This document shows positions 26,713 to 39,819 of a stretch of DNA of 64,000 bases, one piece after another (position 1 is the first letter of the stretch; each line of letters begins with the position of its first letter). The notes under the pieces were generated by a model that saw only the letters and a program-made list of their open reading frames with translations, was not told where the DNA came from and ran no database searches. The position numbers and the translations under genes were made by a program. Source of the stretch: Octopus vulgaris (lineage: Eukaryota); the NCBI GenBank assembly GCA_951406725.2, contig OX597822.1:25048001-25112000 (forward strand), written 5' to 3'.

Positions 26713-27237
26713 ATATTTCCAATATGTCCGTTCAGATTTTAAGAAGATATATATTAAACATAAACGGAAAAAGAAATCAATAGCTAGAAAAAAATGTTTA
26801 TCCGATCTATTTTGTTTAAAACTAGTTAAAGAAATCAAATGAAAAGAATAACGGAATAAATAAATAAATAAATACACGAAATAGTGAAAGAAAAAGAAAA
26901 GGAGTTGAGCATAAATAGAATAAGAGGAAATAAAATAAAAAGTAAACGAAACGAAAGTCAACATAAAATAAAATAGGGAAAGAAAACTAAAAAGGAAACG
27001 AAACGAAAATATTTAAGTATGTGACAGATAATTATAAAATGTTCACAAAGTGCATATTAAGTAAATAATAATAATGATATCAGATATTACAGACGGAAAA
27101 TGGAGACAGAAAAGCCAAACAAGTAGCTGTATGTGCACTAATGGAACACTGATGCATGAGTTCGAATTCCCAATGCGAATATGCTTTCTTTTGTCTTATA
27201 CTGCCATTTTCTGTTATAACGTCTGATATCATTTACA
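26392..27237. repeat. Two diverged direct copies (~26416-26599, ~27056-27237) of a self-complementary ~180-bp unit
   Basis: Shared gccaaacaagta.ctgtatgtgcactaatggaaca..gagttcgaattcc; unit ends are inverted (aatgatatcaga..gaaaatgg / ccattttc..tctgatatcatt). Confidence 0.8.
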
Positions 27238-28882
27238 GCAAAATCTTAATAGTTAACTAATAAGTAAATAAATTATTTCTTACCCGTGCATACCCGGAAT
27301 ACATTGGGAAATTATATACAAGAGAATAACGCTAAAGTTTTTTGTAGAATTATAATTGGTAAAAAAAAAGAGAAATTAAAAAAATGGTTTGTTTAAAAGT
27401 AATTTTGTGTATTTTTTTAGCATAATTTTTTTGCGCGTTATTCTCATTACTGTTGTTGATGATGATGATGTTCTGAAATATATTATTTCTTTTTTTTGTC
27501 TTTATCAATGCGAAATATCCAAGATAGAAAAATATCCCAATATATTTTCAAATATAGTTTTTTCTTATATACAAACAAGCGTTTTAAATCAAGCTTCTTT
27601 TTTCGTATTTCACGTTAGGGCTGAATTATTTTAATAATTATTGCATTAAACGAAATGTCTTTTTTTCTTTTCACTTTTCTTTAAAATGCAATAAATTATT
27701 TTAGCACTTCCTAAGACCTTTCCTTCTTGACGCGGTTCTCTTTTCTGATGAATTTCTCGTTAAAAAAAGAGCAAACAAACTTACAAATAAACAAAGAAAC
27801 AAAACAAAAAAAAGCAAACAATCCTAGTTTTTCGAAAGATAGTTCGTCAGGTGGGCTGATTAATTCTCGCGTTGGTGGTATGTAGTGAAGAAAGTAGATT
27901 GGTAGTTTTAGTCAGTTCGCGATAGCAGGGCTGCTGTTGCTGGCTATAGACGGATGATGAAAATATGTAGATAAATAAAAAAGGAAAATAAAAAGAAGAG
28001 AGTAAAAGAACAGAAGCAAGACAAATGAAAACAAAATGAAATGCGATAGTTGCTATTTCTTTTTCGCATCATATTCGTCATCTTTTATTTACGTTTGCGA
28101 ATAGATTAGAATGTTCTGGAATTGTTCTGTAACAGTTCCACACAAAACTCCAGTTGTAATAAGAACAATGAGCATTAGATTTTAATTGTGAATAATGTGA
28201 AGGAATTTATTTACTTTAAGCGTCAGTTTAACGTAGTTCTTACTTCTAAATAAAATTTCTTCATTCGGTTTACTTTTTCTCTCCAGAATTGAAGCACAGC
28301 ATTTCAGATTTATAATATAAGAAGGAAAAATAAATGCGATCACTGGACATGTAGACTATACTTATACACTAATGTATTTCTAGAGAACTTTAGCGGCACA
28401 AATAAAAGTTAAAATAGTTTGAAAAGAAAATCGAAAATAGTGTCACTCCACCGGAGTTCTAAAAATATACATGCTCTTTTTTAGATAGTCACAGAACTCA
28501 AAGATTGTTACGGCGGTGGTGTTAACGAGAAATTCTGGCAGGCGTGCTTTTGTCGAAACCTTTAGTTGCGTTAATAAAAGGTATTTGTTACAGTTAAAGA
28601 TGAGAATCGGATCGTGGAGTCATTTGGTTGTTGATAAAGTATTTCTGTTTTAATTATCATTTATTTGATGGTGCATAACGATTGGTCTTAAATCATTAAT
28701 CATTTACTCATTTCAGTCATTAGGATGCGGCCATACTGGGGCACTGCATGTAGGGGTTTTAGTTTAGACAGATCAACCCAAGAACTTATTTTATTCTATC
28801 GGTTCCTAAGTTACAGGAACGTAAATAAACATACACCGGTTTTCAGGTGGGGGTGGGGATAAACACAGATACAAGCATACGC

Positions 28883-28920
<38 letters not shown>

Positions 28921-29188
28921 ACATACATAATAGAAAATTCACCAAAGAAAGTACTCCATTTTGTGAGAGATGAATTTTATTATTATTTAAAGGACACAAT
29001 ACATGTTTTTAAGTGCTACTAATATTTTCATATGTTGAGAAATATTTCAAACATATTCATCGGGCACAAATCACATATCACAATGAACTAACAATATTGA
29101 ATAAGAGAAGACATATATATATATACTACACACACAACATGAACAAAAAAATTTTTCTTAAGAAAATACGTCATTAAAATAATTTTAA

Positions 29189-29222
29189 TGTGTTGATTAG
29201 CGAAAGCGAAACCAGTCGACAA
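29189..29222 (+). ncRNA. Decayed minimal hammerhead motif
   Basis: tgtg-TTGATTA-GC gaaa GC-GAAA-CCAG-TC-gaca; two core substitutions versus CTGATGA. Confidence 0.35.
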
Positions 29223-29756
29223 ACACAATATAATATATATATATATAAGAAGCAACAAAAATAACATTGTTAGCTCATTCGGTCATACTGCGCCTTCCAA
29301 AGGGAACAAATAGAGGTGAAGATAATAGGTGAGGTAACACAGTTCTATACAGATTCTATCCATATACCACCTCACCTATTGTCTGAATAATGTGATTATA
29401 TAGTTTGTTGCCTTAAATCATATAATTCTTTGGAAAGGATAATACCGAACTGCTATTTATTGGTGATCGAGAAAGCATGAGCAGACGTATAGTACATGTA
29501 TTAGAATTTTCCATAACTTACCAATGGTACTATTAAGAACTTAAATTGGCTTCGGAGAGCCGAGCTGTTCAAGTTGACTCATATAAGATATCAGTAACAT
29601 AATATGATGGGTTTAATTAGCTGTATCTTCTATGCAAACATTGGCCTTATGCCCAATGGCAAAAGGAAATTAGTATTAATTGACAGGATTTGAGTGGTGT
29701 TGCTTATACGAGAGAGTAAAAAACAATAGTAAAAACACATAACACACATGTATATA

Positions 29757-29825
<69 letters not shown>

Positions 29826-30576
29826 CTGAGTTTAGGAGATGATTTGATTTAGGATTTGTCAGGTAAATGATTTGATTTCTTGAAATTAAAGCAATTACAG
29901 AGTTTAAGACACATACTAGCCATTCATAAACTGTTAACTATCACTTCAACATTCATTGGGTGTCAAAATTTTCTTCGCACTAACTGTGACCTGGTCACTG
30001 ATATAGTTTCACAGTGATAGGATGCTCATAGACAGGACATGTTTGATCATAAACATGATGCTGATCTTGAAGTTAAAATCAGCAGGGATGACCCTTAACC
30101 AAATTTTTGACTCAGAAGGCTGTGTTATCTTTATTTTATTTTTAGTCTACCCCAATGCCTCAAAGTAGGAAGGGCAGCACCTATGTGACCTTTTCAGGTC
30201 CTCTGAGACGGGAAGTAGCAAGAAAGAGAGTTCTCCTTAGGGTGTAAACCAAACGAAAATGTTGGCAACAAAGCGACATCTCTCACAGGCACACAAAGGC
30301 AAGGTTGTAGTGTTATACCGTATGCTAGATTAAGCTTCCCACTAAAGTGCTTAAGAAAGATCCCCATTTGCGATTTATGAGGAAATATTATTATTATCTC
30401 AGTTTTACCGAAGATGACATCGCTGATGTACATACCTATATATCATAACCAATATGCATATAGGTATGTATACATGCATGTATATATATATGTACGTTTG
30501 TACTTATATGTAGCTATGTACATATATATCTGTATGTATAAATCTATCTATCTATATTGTTATAATGATAACGATA

Positions 30577-32016
30577 AGAGTACTACAAAAGAATAAGAAT
30601 AATACTAAAAACTGAACTCAACTCCAAAAATCGCATCGAAACCATTAACATCCAGTAGTCCAACACAGTTTTAACATCATTAACTAGAATCCTACAGAGT
30701 TCCAACGTCTGGATAAGAAGACAAGAAAACTACTAACATCTAAGAACATGCACCACCCAAAAGCAGACGTCGATCGTCAGAACCTACTTAGAAGTAATAG
30801 GGGAAGAGGAACGATGCAAGTAGAACTGTGCTATAAGTCCTCCACAATAACAATGAACAGGTTCTTATCTAGTACAGAGGCCTGAATGCTGCGGATTGTG
30901 TGCAAACACGAAAGCAGCAAAACGTCGCATTCTATTGTAAAGCCTGCAAATTCGCAAGAGAACTCGGCATTAACCTTGAATTAGATGAAGAGCCTGAAAT
31001 CATTGCCACCAAACAAGCAAAACGGGTCAAGCAGACTGCATAACAGAATGGGCAGAAACAAACTGAGGACCGATGGAGCCAGAAGCCCCTGCGTGGACAG
31101 TATATTCTTTGAAATCGAAATGCTGATGTAGACCAAGCAACAACCCATCAGTGGCTGAGAAGTTCAGGACTGAAAGTTGAGACTGAAGGTTTCATATTGG
31201 CGGCACAAAATCAAAGCTTGCTTACCAGAAACTACCAGGCTAACGTTCTTCAAAACAGTTCTGACTCTAAATGCAGATTCTGCGACACATTTAACAAAAC
31301 AATAGATCATCTCGTTTCAGGATGTCCTGTGCTGACACCAAAGGAATACAAAAATCGCTACGATAAGATAGGACAGTATTTACATTGGAAAATATGTAAG
31401 CACTACAAAATTGGCACTCCTGCTTACTGATATGAACATCGTTTTGAGCCAGTTGCTGAAGGTAAAAATGTCACTATCCTCAGGGATTTTCCAGTCAACA
31501 CCGACAGAACGATCTAGGTTAATCTACTAGATATAATTATTAAAGACAAGGAAGAAAATACTTGTAGACTAATAGATGTTAGTGTTCCCACTGATAAAAA
31601 TATATCTGTAAAGGAATTTGACAAATTAAGTAAATATAAGGACCTGGAAATTGAAATGCAAAAGATGTGGCACCTTAAAGCGAGAACTGTTCCTTTTATT
31701 GTAAGTGCCCTAGGTATATAAAAAAGGGGTGTCAGAAACATCTAGATAATATCCCAGGAGAACCGTGTCTCAGAGAAATCCAAAAGATTGTACTGACAAG
31801 TACTACCAGCATCCTTAGAAAAACCCTATCATTTGAAATGTCTGTGTTGTATTACATGAAAATATTTCGCTATTGCCCCAGCCACTTCCCTTCCCCAAGC
31901 TTTCAGGTATACTATAACATCTCTTGTCTTTCACTCACCCTAGGACGTTGGGTGTGTCTCAGCAAGTGATCGAAACAAACATGCAGATTAAAAGTAAATG
32001 ACAATAATAATAATAA
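30577..32016 (+). mobile_element. 5'-truncated R4/Dong-type non-LTR retrotransposon (post-RT region, CCHC finger, restriction-like endonuclease); pseudogenised
   Basis: YYKRIRIILKTELNSKNRIETIN; HHPKADVDR; ETEGFILAAQNQSLLTRNY; CRFC..TIDHLVSGCP; YKNRYDKIGQYLHW; NLLDIIIKDKEENTCRLIDVSVP..KLSKYKDL; multiple stops and frameshifts; (AAT)n tail 32003-32016. Confidence 0.92.
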
Positions 32017-32498
32017 CTGGCTGAAAGGCATGAGGACAGATAGATTCCTTTTTGGTAGAACTCTCATTAACTTTTTTAAGTTTCACCTGAAAAGGAAATT
32101 GAGAGTGGAGAAGGAAGTACTGTCCTCGAATGGGTTTATTGAAAAGTGGGTGAGAGTTGCGAAAATGGCAAGAATGGATGGTACCTCACTAAGTGTAGAC
32201 CTGTGAGTCGGAGAGAAGGAACTGGAGAGGGCACTTGCTCTTGGGGTTTCAGGGAAATCTCGGACAGTGGGGTTCCTCGTTTAGTCCTAGGGGCGGTCCT
32301 GTATCAGGAAGACCATATCTCTATCATCCACTCCACTTTTTTTTTACCTTTGTATGAAATGCATTTGTCCCTTCTTTTACAGTGTATACTTAGCTTTTTT
32401 TTCTAATCATTTCATTAATATATGTAATGCCCTACTCTTTATGTCTGTCTCTGTATTGTACCCCCATCCTTCGCTTTTGTGGTAAATAAATGAAATCA
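32017..32498 (+). mobile_element. Tx1/L1-like LINE 3' end (ORF2 C-terminus plus 3' UTR)
   Basis: Open 62-aa frame 32018-32206 ..LINFFKFHLKRKLRVEKEVLSSNGFIEKWVRV..* resembles Tx1-type C-termini (F..W); AATAAA at 32485-32490, then (TTC)n. Confidence 0.55.
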
Positions 32499-32680
<182 letters not shown>

Positions 32681-32820
32681 GATGTATGTACTAATTATTG
32701 ATTATCTATTATCAACTACCAAAATGATCGTAATAAAATAATTGAAGTACTAACAATCTACTTACTGGTTATTCTTTTACATTATTGCACACGCGCACAC
32801 ACACACATATGTATATATAC

Positions 32821-32893
<73 letters not shown>

Positions 32894-32895
<2 letters not shown>

Positions 32896-33124
32896 TCTTT
32901 ATTACCCACAAGGGGCTAAACATAGAGGGGACAAACAAGGACAGACAAATGGATTAAGGCAATTACATCGACCCCAGTGCTTAACTGGTACTTTATTTAT
33001 CGACCCCGAAAGGATGAAAGGCAAAGTCGACCTCGGCGGAATTTGAACACAGAAGGTAACGGCAGACGAAATACGGATACTCATTTCGCCCGGCGTACTA
33101 ACGTTTCTGCCAGCTCGCCGCCTT
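32894..33124 (-). mobile_element. SINE family A monomer
   Basis: Reverse complement begins aaggcggcgagctggcagaaacgttagtacgcc; full central domain. Confidence 0.88.
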
Positions 33125-33174
33125 CTGCACACACACACTCAAACTCACATACACACATATATATATATATATAC

Positions 33175-33500
33175 CGCAGTTTCTCTATCTTGTTCCAATA
33201 TATGACACTGGCCATTGATTTATTGTTCTTAGCTGATTTTTGTTTTAATTTATACAAATTACTTCGACCATAAATATGTTCTACGCTTTCATATAAGTCC
33301 TTTGGCTACTGGAAATAGACATCGATAGACAATTGTCATGCCGATGACGCATATTGATGTAGAAGCACGCACTACACAACTGTCCTCTTATCTGTAGCCA
33401 ATAAGCCCATCCTTTTCTTTAATAGGATGCCAGCTTTCAAGAATCCTTCATTCTTGATTTTATCTTCTCTTCTCAAATGTTGCTGGTCTTAATTGCCATT
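33175..33500 (-). mobile_element. Highly decayed RTE-like post-RT fragment
   Basis: KIKSRM..KL..LQIRGQLCSACFYINMRH resembles IxxRI..LxxKGxLYxACVRSxMLH. Confidence 0.4.
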
Positions 33501-33648
33501 TGGTAATTCAAGTTATTTGGTGTCTGATATACCTGCATTTGCGTGTGTTATATACATACATACATACATACATACATACATACATACATACATACACATA
33601 TATATATACAAATATATACATACATACATACACACATACAAACATAAG

Positions 33649-33694
<46 letters not shown>

Positions 33695-33722
33695 CACACA
33701 CATATATAAATTATACATATGC

Positions 33723-33754
<32 letters not shown>

Positions 33755-33785
33755 ATATATATGCATCTATCTATCTATCTATCTA

Positions 33786-33885
<100 letters not shown>

Positions 33886-34234
33886 TACATATATAATAAA
33901 TACGCAAATATACGTAGAAGTACAAGCTTGAAGAGGTGTTCTGATGTTGGAGTGTGCAGAGGTAATTCAGTAAGTGGGAATATGACACCGGAGATAATAA
34001 TTAGTGGAAAAAGAAATATAAATACCCAACCATATCACCGAAAACTACAAAAAGTACTTATTGAAGCAAGTATTTTCTTAATGGATACTTATGGCAGTGG
34101 TAGTACGAAGAGTTGGATGCGTGGTGGCGGAGGACGTGAATGGATGACGTTCATTACTTTCTCAAAGAATTAATGTATATGCGCGCAAACACACACACAC
34201 ACACATACAGACATTCTCTCTCACACACACATAT

Positions 34235-34590
34235 AGGTGGAAACGTAGCTGTGTGGTGAGAAAAATTCCAGGTTCAGTCCCATTGCGTAACATCTTGAGC
34301 AAGTGTCGTCTACTACAGAAACCTATCATGTGCGTGTGTGTATATATATTTATATGTGTGTCAATGCGCATGTCTCATTGCATCTGTGTTTGTCCACCAC
34401 CATCACCACCATCGCTTAATCGGCGTTGCTGTATTTATATTCCCGTAATATAGCAGTTCGCCAAAATACACCGATAGAATAAATACCAGGCTAACGAAAA
34501 AAAAATGACAGGTACTAGGGTCGTTCCCTTCAACTAAAATTCTTCAAGGTAATGCTCCAGCATGGTCGCAGTCAAATAAATGATAAAAAG
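34235..34590 (+). mobile_element. SINE family B, diverged
   Basis: ggttcagtcccattgcg..cttgagcaagtgtc head and ccgatagaataa..gctccagcatggtcgcagtc tail. Confidence 0.75.
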
Positions 34591-34594
34591 ATAA

Positions 34595-34859
34595 AACACC
34601 AACAGAACGAGTATTCTCCTGGGATATTATCTAGATGTTTCTGACACCCCCTTTTTTTAATATATATCTACGGCACCTACAATAACAGGAACAGTTCTCG
34701 CTTTAAGGTGCCATATCTTTTGCATTTCAATTTCCAGGTCCTTAATTTATCAAATTCCTTTACAGATATATTTTTATCAGTGGGAACACTTACATCTATT
34801 AGTCAACAAGTATTTTCTTCCCTGTCTTTAATAATTATATCTGGTAGATTAACCTGGAT
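34595..34859 (-). mobile_element. R4/Dong RLE fragment, same family as the 30577 element, with a short inverted 5' piece
   Basis: 34614-34859 is the reverse complement of ~31512-31762 (VNLPDIIIKDREENTC); 34595-34610 matches 31497-31512 in + orientation. Confidence 0.9.
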
Positions 34860-34888
34860 AGATGTATGTATGAATGTGTGTATGTATG

Positions 34889-35024
<136 letters not shown>

Positions 35025-35275
35025 CAGGTGTGTGTTTGGTGATGGTGGTACATCTCTTTGGTTCGACGAGGAGCAATCAGTTGCTCGATATCAACTGAAT
35101 TTACTCGGTCATTTAATTAACGTATAAGTGGCTGAGCATTCCACAGACACATGTACTTTTACCATAACTCTCAACTAGTATCACCGTGACACAGTGTGTC
35201 AATGCTGTGTCTTTTTGAATTACAGAACCAGACCACTACTCATTATATACACATGGCTTTGGTCGACTCGACGCG

Positions 35276-35307
<32 letters not shown>

Positions 35308-35364
35308 TGTATGTATGTATGTATGTATGTATGTATATATGTATTATGTTTCTTCTATTTTTTA

Positions 35365-36508
35365 ATTATTATAAATCTTTCACTGAGGAGGGAGCCGGTT
35401 TCCAACAAAGATACAAGACTCCATCTTAGGGATATAGTTAACACAAACAAATTTACATTTGGAACTTGAGAATAGTCTTACATATTTTTACCGTTCCACT
35501 CACAGATTGCACTTGTAATTTGTAATGTACGAATTAGCCGGTCGATTTCTCTTTCTGAATATCTTATTATTGGTATGAATATGAATTCATAGCCTGGATA
35601 TATAAGCTGGAGGTTTCGAAGCAGTTATCCATAGATATCCTCTTTTTCTTTAATTTTCAAAGAGATATTCATATCCACAGGGCAGCTGACCTCTGTGATG
35701 GTACATACCTTGCCCCTCTGTCCCAAACAACAATATCCGGCCTGTTATGTTTACGTTTGACAGAAGTTTCGATGGGAATATTCCACCAGTATTCCTTGAG
35801 TTGGTGTTTATGAATGTATTCCATAACAGAGGGATTTTCTTAGCTTATTTTAGGACAGTCTTTTTTTGCGGATGGCATTGTAAATTGTTTTAGCAACAAC
35901 ATTTTTGACGACATTTTTGGACAGCTGCTAATCGCATGCATGATGTCTTTCACAGAAACATGACATAGCCTACACATGCGGCTGCACCTTGGGATTGCAA
36001 GAGCGTCACTTTCTCTTGTTCACCAGGTCCTTTGTGGTAATCCCCTGTTCCTGGATTGCAAACGCATAGCCTTCAAAGCGCGATGTGATGTAGTGGTCTT
36101 GTGTCCAAGAGAGGCTACGCTTCGTGTCAATTCTACTGTCTTCAAGCTTTCGGGTAACATACCCTTTCATAGTCAGTTTTTTTGTATGCTCAGTGCTTTC
36201 CATCCAGGTCTTCTCTGAGGTAAGAGATCCCAGCTGTTTTGGGGTTGTATAGGAGATTATCAGGAAGAGAGTGCTTCTTGAGGGGCTCACTGCCAACTCG
36301 CACAATGTTGATCACTTCACTTTTCAGCATTGCATTTATATATTTATTTTTGCTGTTGCCTGGGTGTTACCATACGGCATTCGAAAGCCGTCTGCACTGG
36401 TCTCAGGCCTCTACCACCTTCATTTCTGCTTAGGTAAAGCCTGTCAACATCACTATTTCTGTGGAGGTTCCCAGTTGTGGTCAGGATTTTGCAGGTTTTG
36501 ATAAATAT
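35365..36508 (-). mobile_element. Second, distinct R4/Dong-type non-LTR retrotransposon fragment; pseudogenised
   Basis: KTCKILTTTGNLHRNSDVDRLYLSRNEGGRGL; FEGYAFAIQEQGITTK; CRLCHVSVKDIMHAISSCPK; KHNRPDIVVWD; short ataataat tail. Confidence 0.9.
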
Positions 36509-36572
36509 AGAGTGGTATGTACGTACGTATGTATGTATACATACAGACACACACACACACGCGCATGCACGC

Positions 36573-36607
<35 letters not shown>

Positions 36608-36619
36608 CACATGTATGGT

Positions 36620-37050
36620 GCAGTTATGGCCTTTTGATTGAGAAACTCATTTTGTAACCACTTACTTTTGGATTCATTTCAAGTTTGTGATATCTTGGGT
36701 GTCTTCTGTTTTTGCTCCAGACCGACCAGTACCTTTTGAGGGGATTTGGTAGGTGGAAACTGTGTGGAAGCCTATCGTATACATGAATATATGTGTCTCT
36801 GAGTGCATCTATGTGTATGTGTCTTCGTGTTTGTGTTTTCCACCCCAACTGCTTAAGAACCATGTTGGTTTTTTTACGTCTGCACAATTAACGGTTCGTT
36901 AAAAGACATCGATAGAATACAGACCAGACTTAACAGAAAACATAACATAACAAAATAAAACAAAAACGTAAGTTCTGAAGACGATTTATTCCATTTAAAT
37001 CCTTCAAGGCGTTGCCCTAGAATGACCGCAGTCAAATAACTGAAATCAGT
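36620..37050 (+). mobile_element. SINE family B, old diverged copy
   Basis: cttgggtgtcttctg..ggatttggtaggtggaaactg..gatagaata..gaccgcagtcaaataactgaaa. Confidence 0.7.
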
Positions 37051-37644
37051 AAATGGTAGATGATAAAATATATAATGTGGAAATATAGGACCAAAAAACT
37101 TTCAGCTCGTGTTATATAACCAAGTTAGCTTCTATGTTTGCCCACCTACAGTGTTCTCTTCACTATTTTCTCAGAAATCATAATCATGGCGTTTGTCACG
37201 AGAGACCCAATTTCGTTTTTAGCTAAAAGTTTTCACTTGTTGGCTTTGCTTGTTCTTTATATCCTTTGTCAAGAAGAGAAGAGGAAATTTACTGGAAAAT
37301 CGTTTTTGTGTCACCCTCTTTTGTAAAATAATTGCAAATGTTTACATCCAATTTTAACTCTTTAATTTCATTTTATATTAGCATTTATTTCCTCTATATC
37401 TGCAAACAGCAGCCATGAAACTTTCGTTTCTACACCAGTGCAAATATTTCAGAGAATTAATTTCGTTATATAAGCGTTGAGAATAGTAGATTCAAAATAA
37501 ATAAAATATATGAAAATATTTAAAAAATAAAAATTCCCAATTTTTGTTTTGAAAAGATAGGTAAAAGTATAAGAAGATGGATAAAAACGCTTGAAACTTG
37601 AAAGTGTCAATAAATAATAGATAAGAACACTTGAAACTTTGATA

Positions 37645-38812
37645 AATTACTTGGCTCTTGGAGAAAAACGAAAACAGAATTTTTTTTATGTTTTGATAAG
37701 TATTTGTGAAATAAGTTCATTTCAAATCAGGTGGAAAGTTAGACTTATTACAGAGTTTTTTTAATCAGCCCCGGTATTTTTTTTTATTCATAGGTTGTGG
37801 AGATTGTTGCTTTTTGTTTGAAGACGAGACGAAGTGGTACAGGAAGGCTCAAGATGGTTACTAGGCGAGAAAGTAGAAACTGGAAGTTGCGAAGGAGTGA
37901 ACTAATTTAACAGGTAAGTGGCCAGATTATAGATGAAGGGGAGTCGGGTCGGTTTCGATCTACAGGTGAGTTCATAGAGGATACATTGAATTATCGGTTT
38001 TGAAAGAATATATGTTTTTCTGAAAAGATCATTTTTGTATTTTGTGATTTCTTGAGAAACGGGTGCCGCGTGAGATGAACGAAAATATGATCGATGAAGA
38101 ACGAACAAGAATCCTCATTACGAAGTAATATTCAGCGCTTCTTTTGCGCAACAAAATCGATCCGTTTCTCGATCGAATTGTGACATGTGATAATAAAATG
38201 GAGCCTATATGACTTATCGGCAGTGTTTCACGCAATGGGATTAACGAAGTAAAACATCGAAACGGCTTTAAATAAATGCTCTGGTTAGTGCTACTTTTCA
38301 TTACATAGCGTCATCTACTGTTATTCTTTTTAAAATCCTGACGAAACGTTCACTGAAGAGAAGCATTGTTAAAAAACCAGCTAAATGCACCACGAACTGC
38401 TTACGTCTATCATTGGTCAATCGAAAAGAACCAAGTCTGCTCAATGGTACCTCCTCACCTCAATCACATGTCTCAAAGATGACTGAAAATTAAATGGACT
38501 AGGTTGCGAAATTCTACACCACTCAGCTTGCTCCTTAGAACTTTATTCTACCGACAACCACTGCCAAGCATCTCGGTATCTTTCCGCCAATGAATGACTT
38601 CAACAACGAAGCAGTAGCTGAAAAGATCCTCGAAAAATTCAATACTTCCAGACTATCAAATTCCATGCTCACAGAACAGACTTCTTTGTGATTGGAAAAA
38701 AATGTAAAATTTTAATGGTTAATGTTTTATAAAATATAATTTATTCTGAGTCGAGAAATAATTGGCTTAAAATTCATAATTAAAAACCGTAGTTTTTTTG
38801 TTCCAAATTGAT
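37645..38812 (+). mobile_element. Degenerate near-full-length mariner transposon
   Basis: ~38135-38200 SALLLRNKIDPFLDRIVTCDNK (mariner FLxRIVTxDEKW); RVPREM (WVPHEL); 3' end aaaaaccgtagtttttttgttccaaattgata resembles a mariner TIR; 5' boundary uncertain. Confidence 0.8.
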
Positions 38813-38928
38813 AGTACTTCTGACATATGTATATACGTATATACGTATATATATATAATTGTCGTAGCATATTCAACTGCTTCTTCCGTATATTTGTCTA
38901 TATTATCGAATATATATATGTATGTATG

Positions 38929-39010
<82 letters not shown>

Positions 39011-39528
39011 AATATGCTGTGTGTGTTATGTGATAATGCGGGAGTATGTTGTAGTGATACATAGATGCGCGCGCGTGTGTGTGTGTGTGTGAGTGAGTGT
39101 GTTTGTGTATCTGTGTTTTCAGAGTGTGGCTGCGTTTGAATATATAGATGTGAGCATGATTGTGCGGAATGGTGAGGGCTGGTTATATGATATGGTGTTT
39201 TTTTTCACAGAATCTGGTTTAAATTGCCTGATACCCTGCATGACGCCTTGTAAACTTCAGGAACGAAGATCTGGAAGGACCACAAGAATTAATGTGACAA
39301 GTGACCGTTAATTTTCTTCCTAATCAACATCCGATACTGCGTGGATGAGTTTCGGATGAAGCTAATCTCAAAGAATGTTATATTCAGATATTATTTGCTA
39401 AAGGGCTGAAATAAGGAAATAAACAAATACGTAAATAAATAAATATCAATAAATAAGGGACTTCCAATGTTATATGAGAACATGATATATGGCCTGGACA
39501 CAAAGGGAGTATACGAATGAGTTTAAAG

Positions 39529-39608
<80 letters not shown>

Positions 39609-39649
39609 CCTACCTATCTATATGTCTCTCTGTCTGTGTGTCTGCCTGC

Positions 39650-39687
<38 letters not shown>

Positions 39688-39819
39688 ATCTATCTATCAA
39701 TACACGCACGCGAGCACACACACACACACATGTATGTACGTGGGGATATGTATGCATGTATATATGTGTGTATGTTCACCATATTCATACACATGCGTAC
39801 ACATATACACACTTATATA

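Noticed and set aside
28990-29040. Possible further hammerhead remnant on the minus strand (AAAAcatgTA)
   Set aside because: Core and stem II too decayed to support
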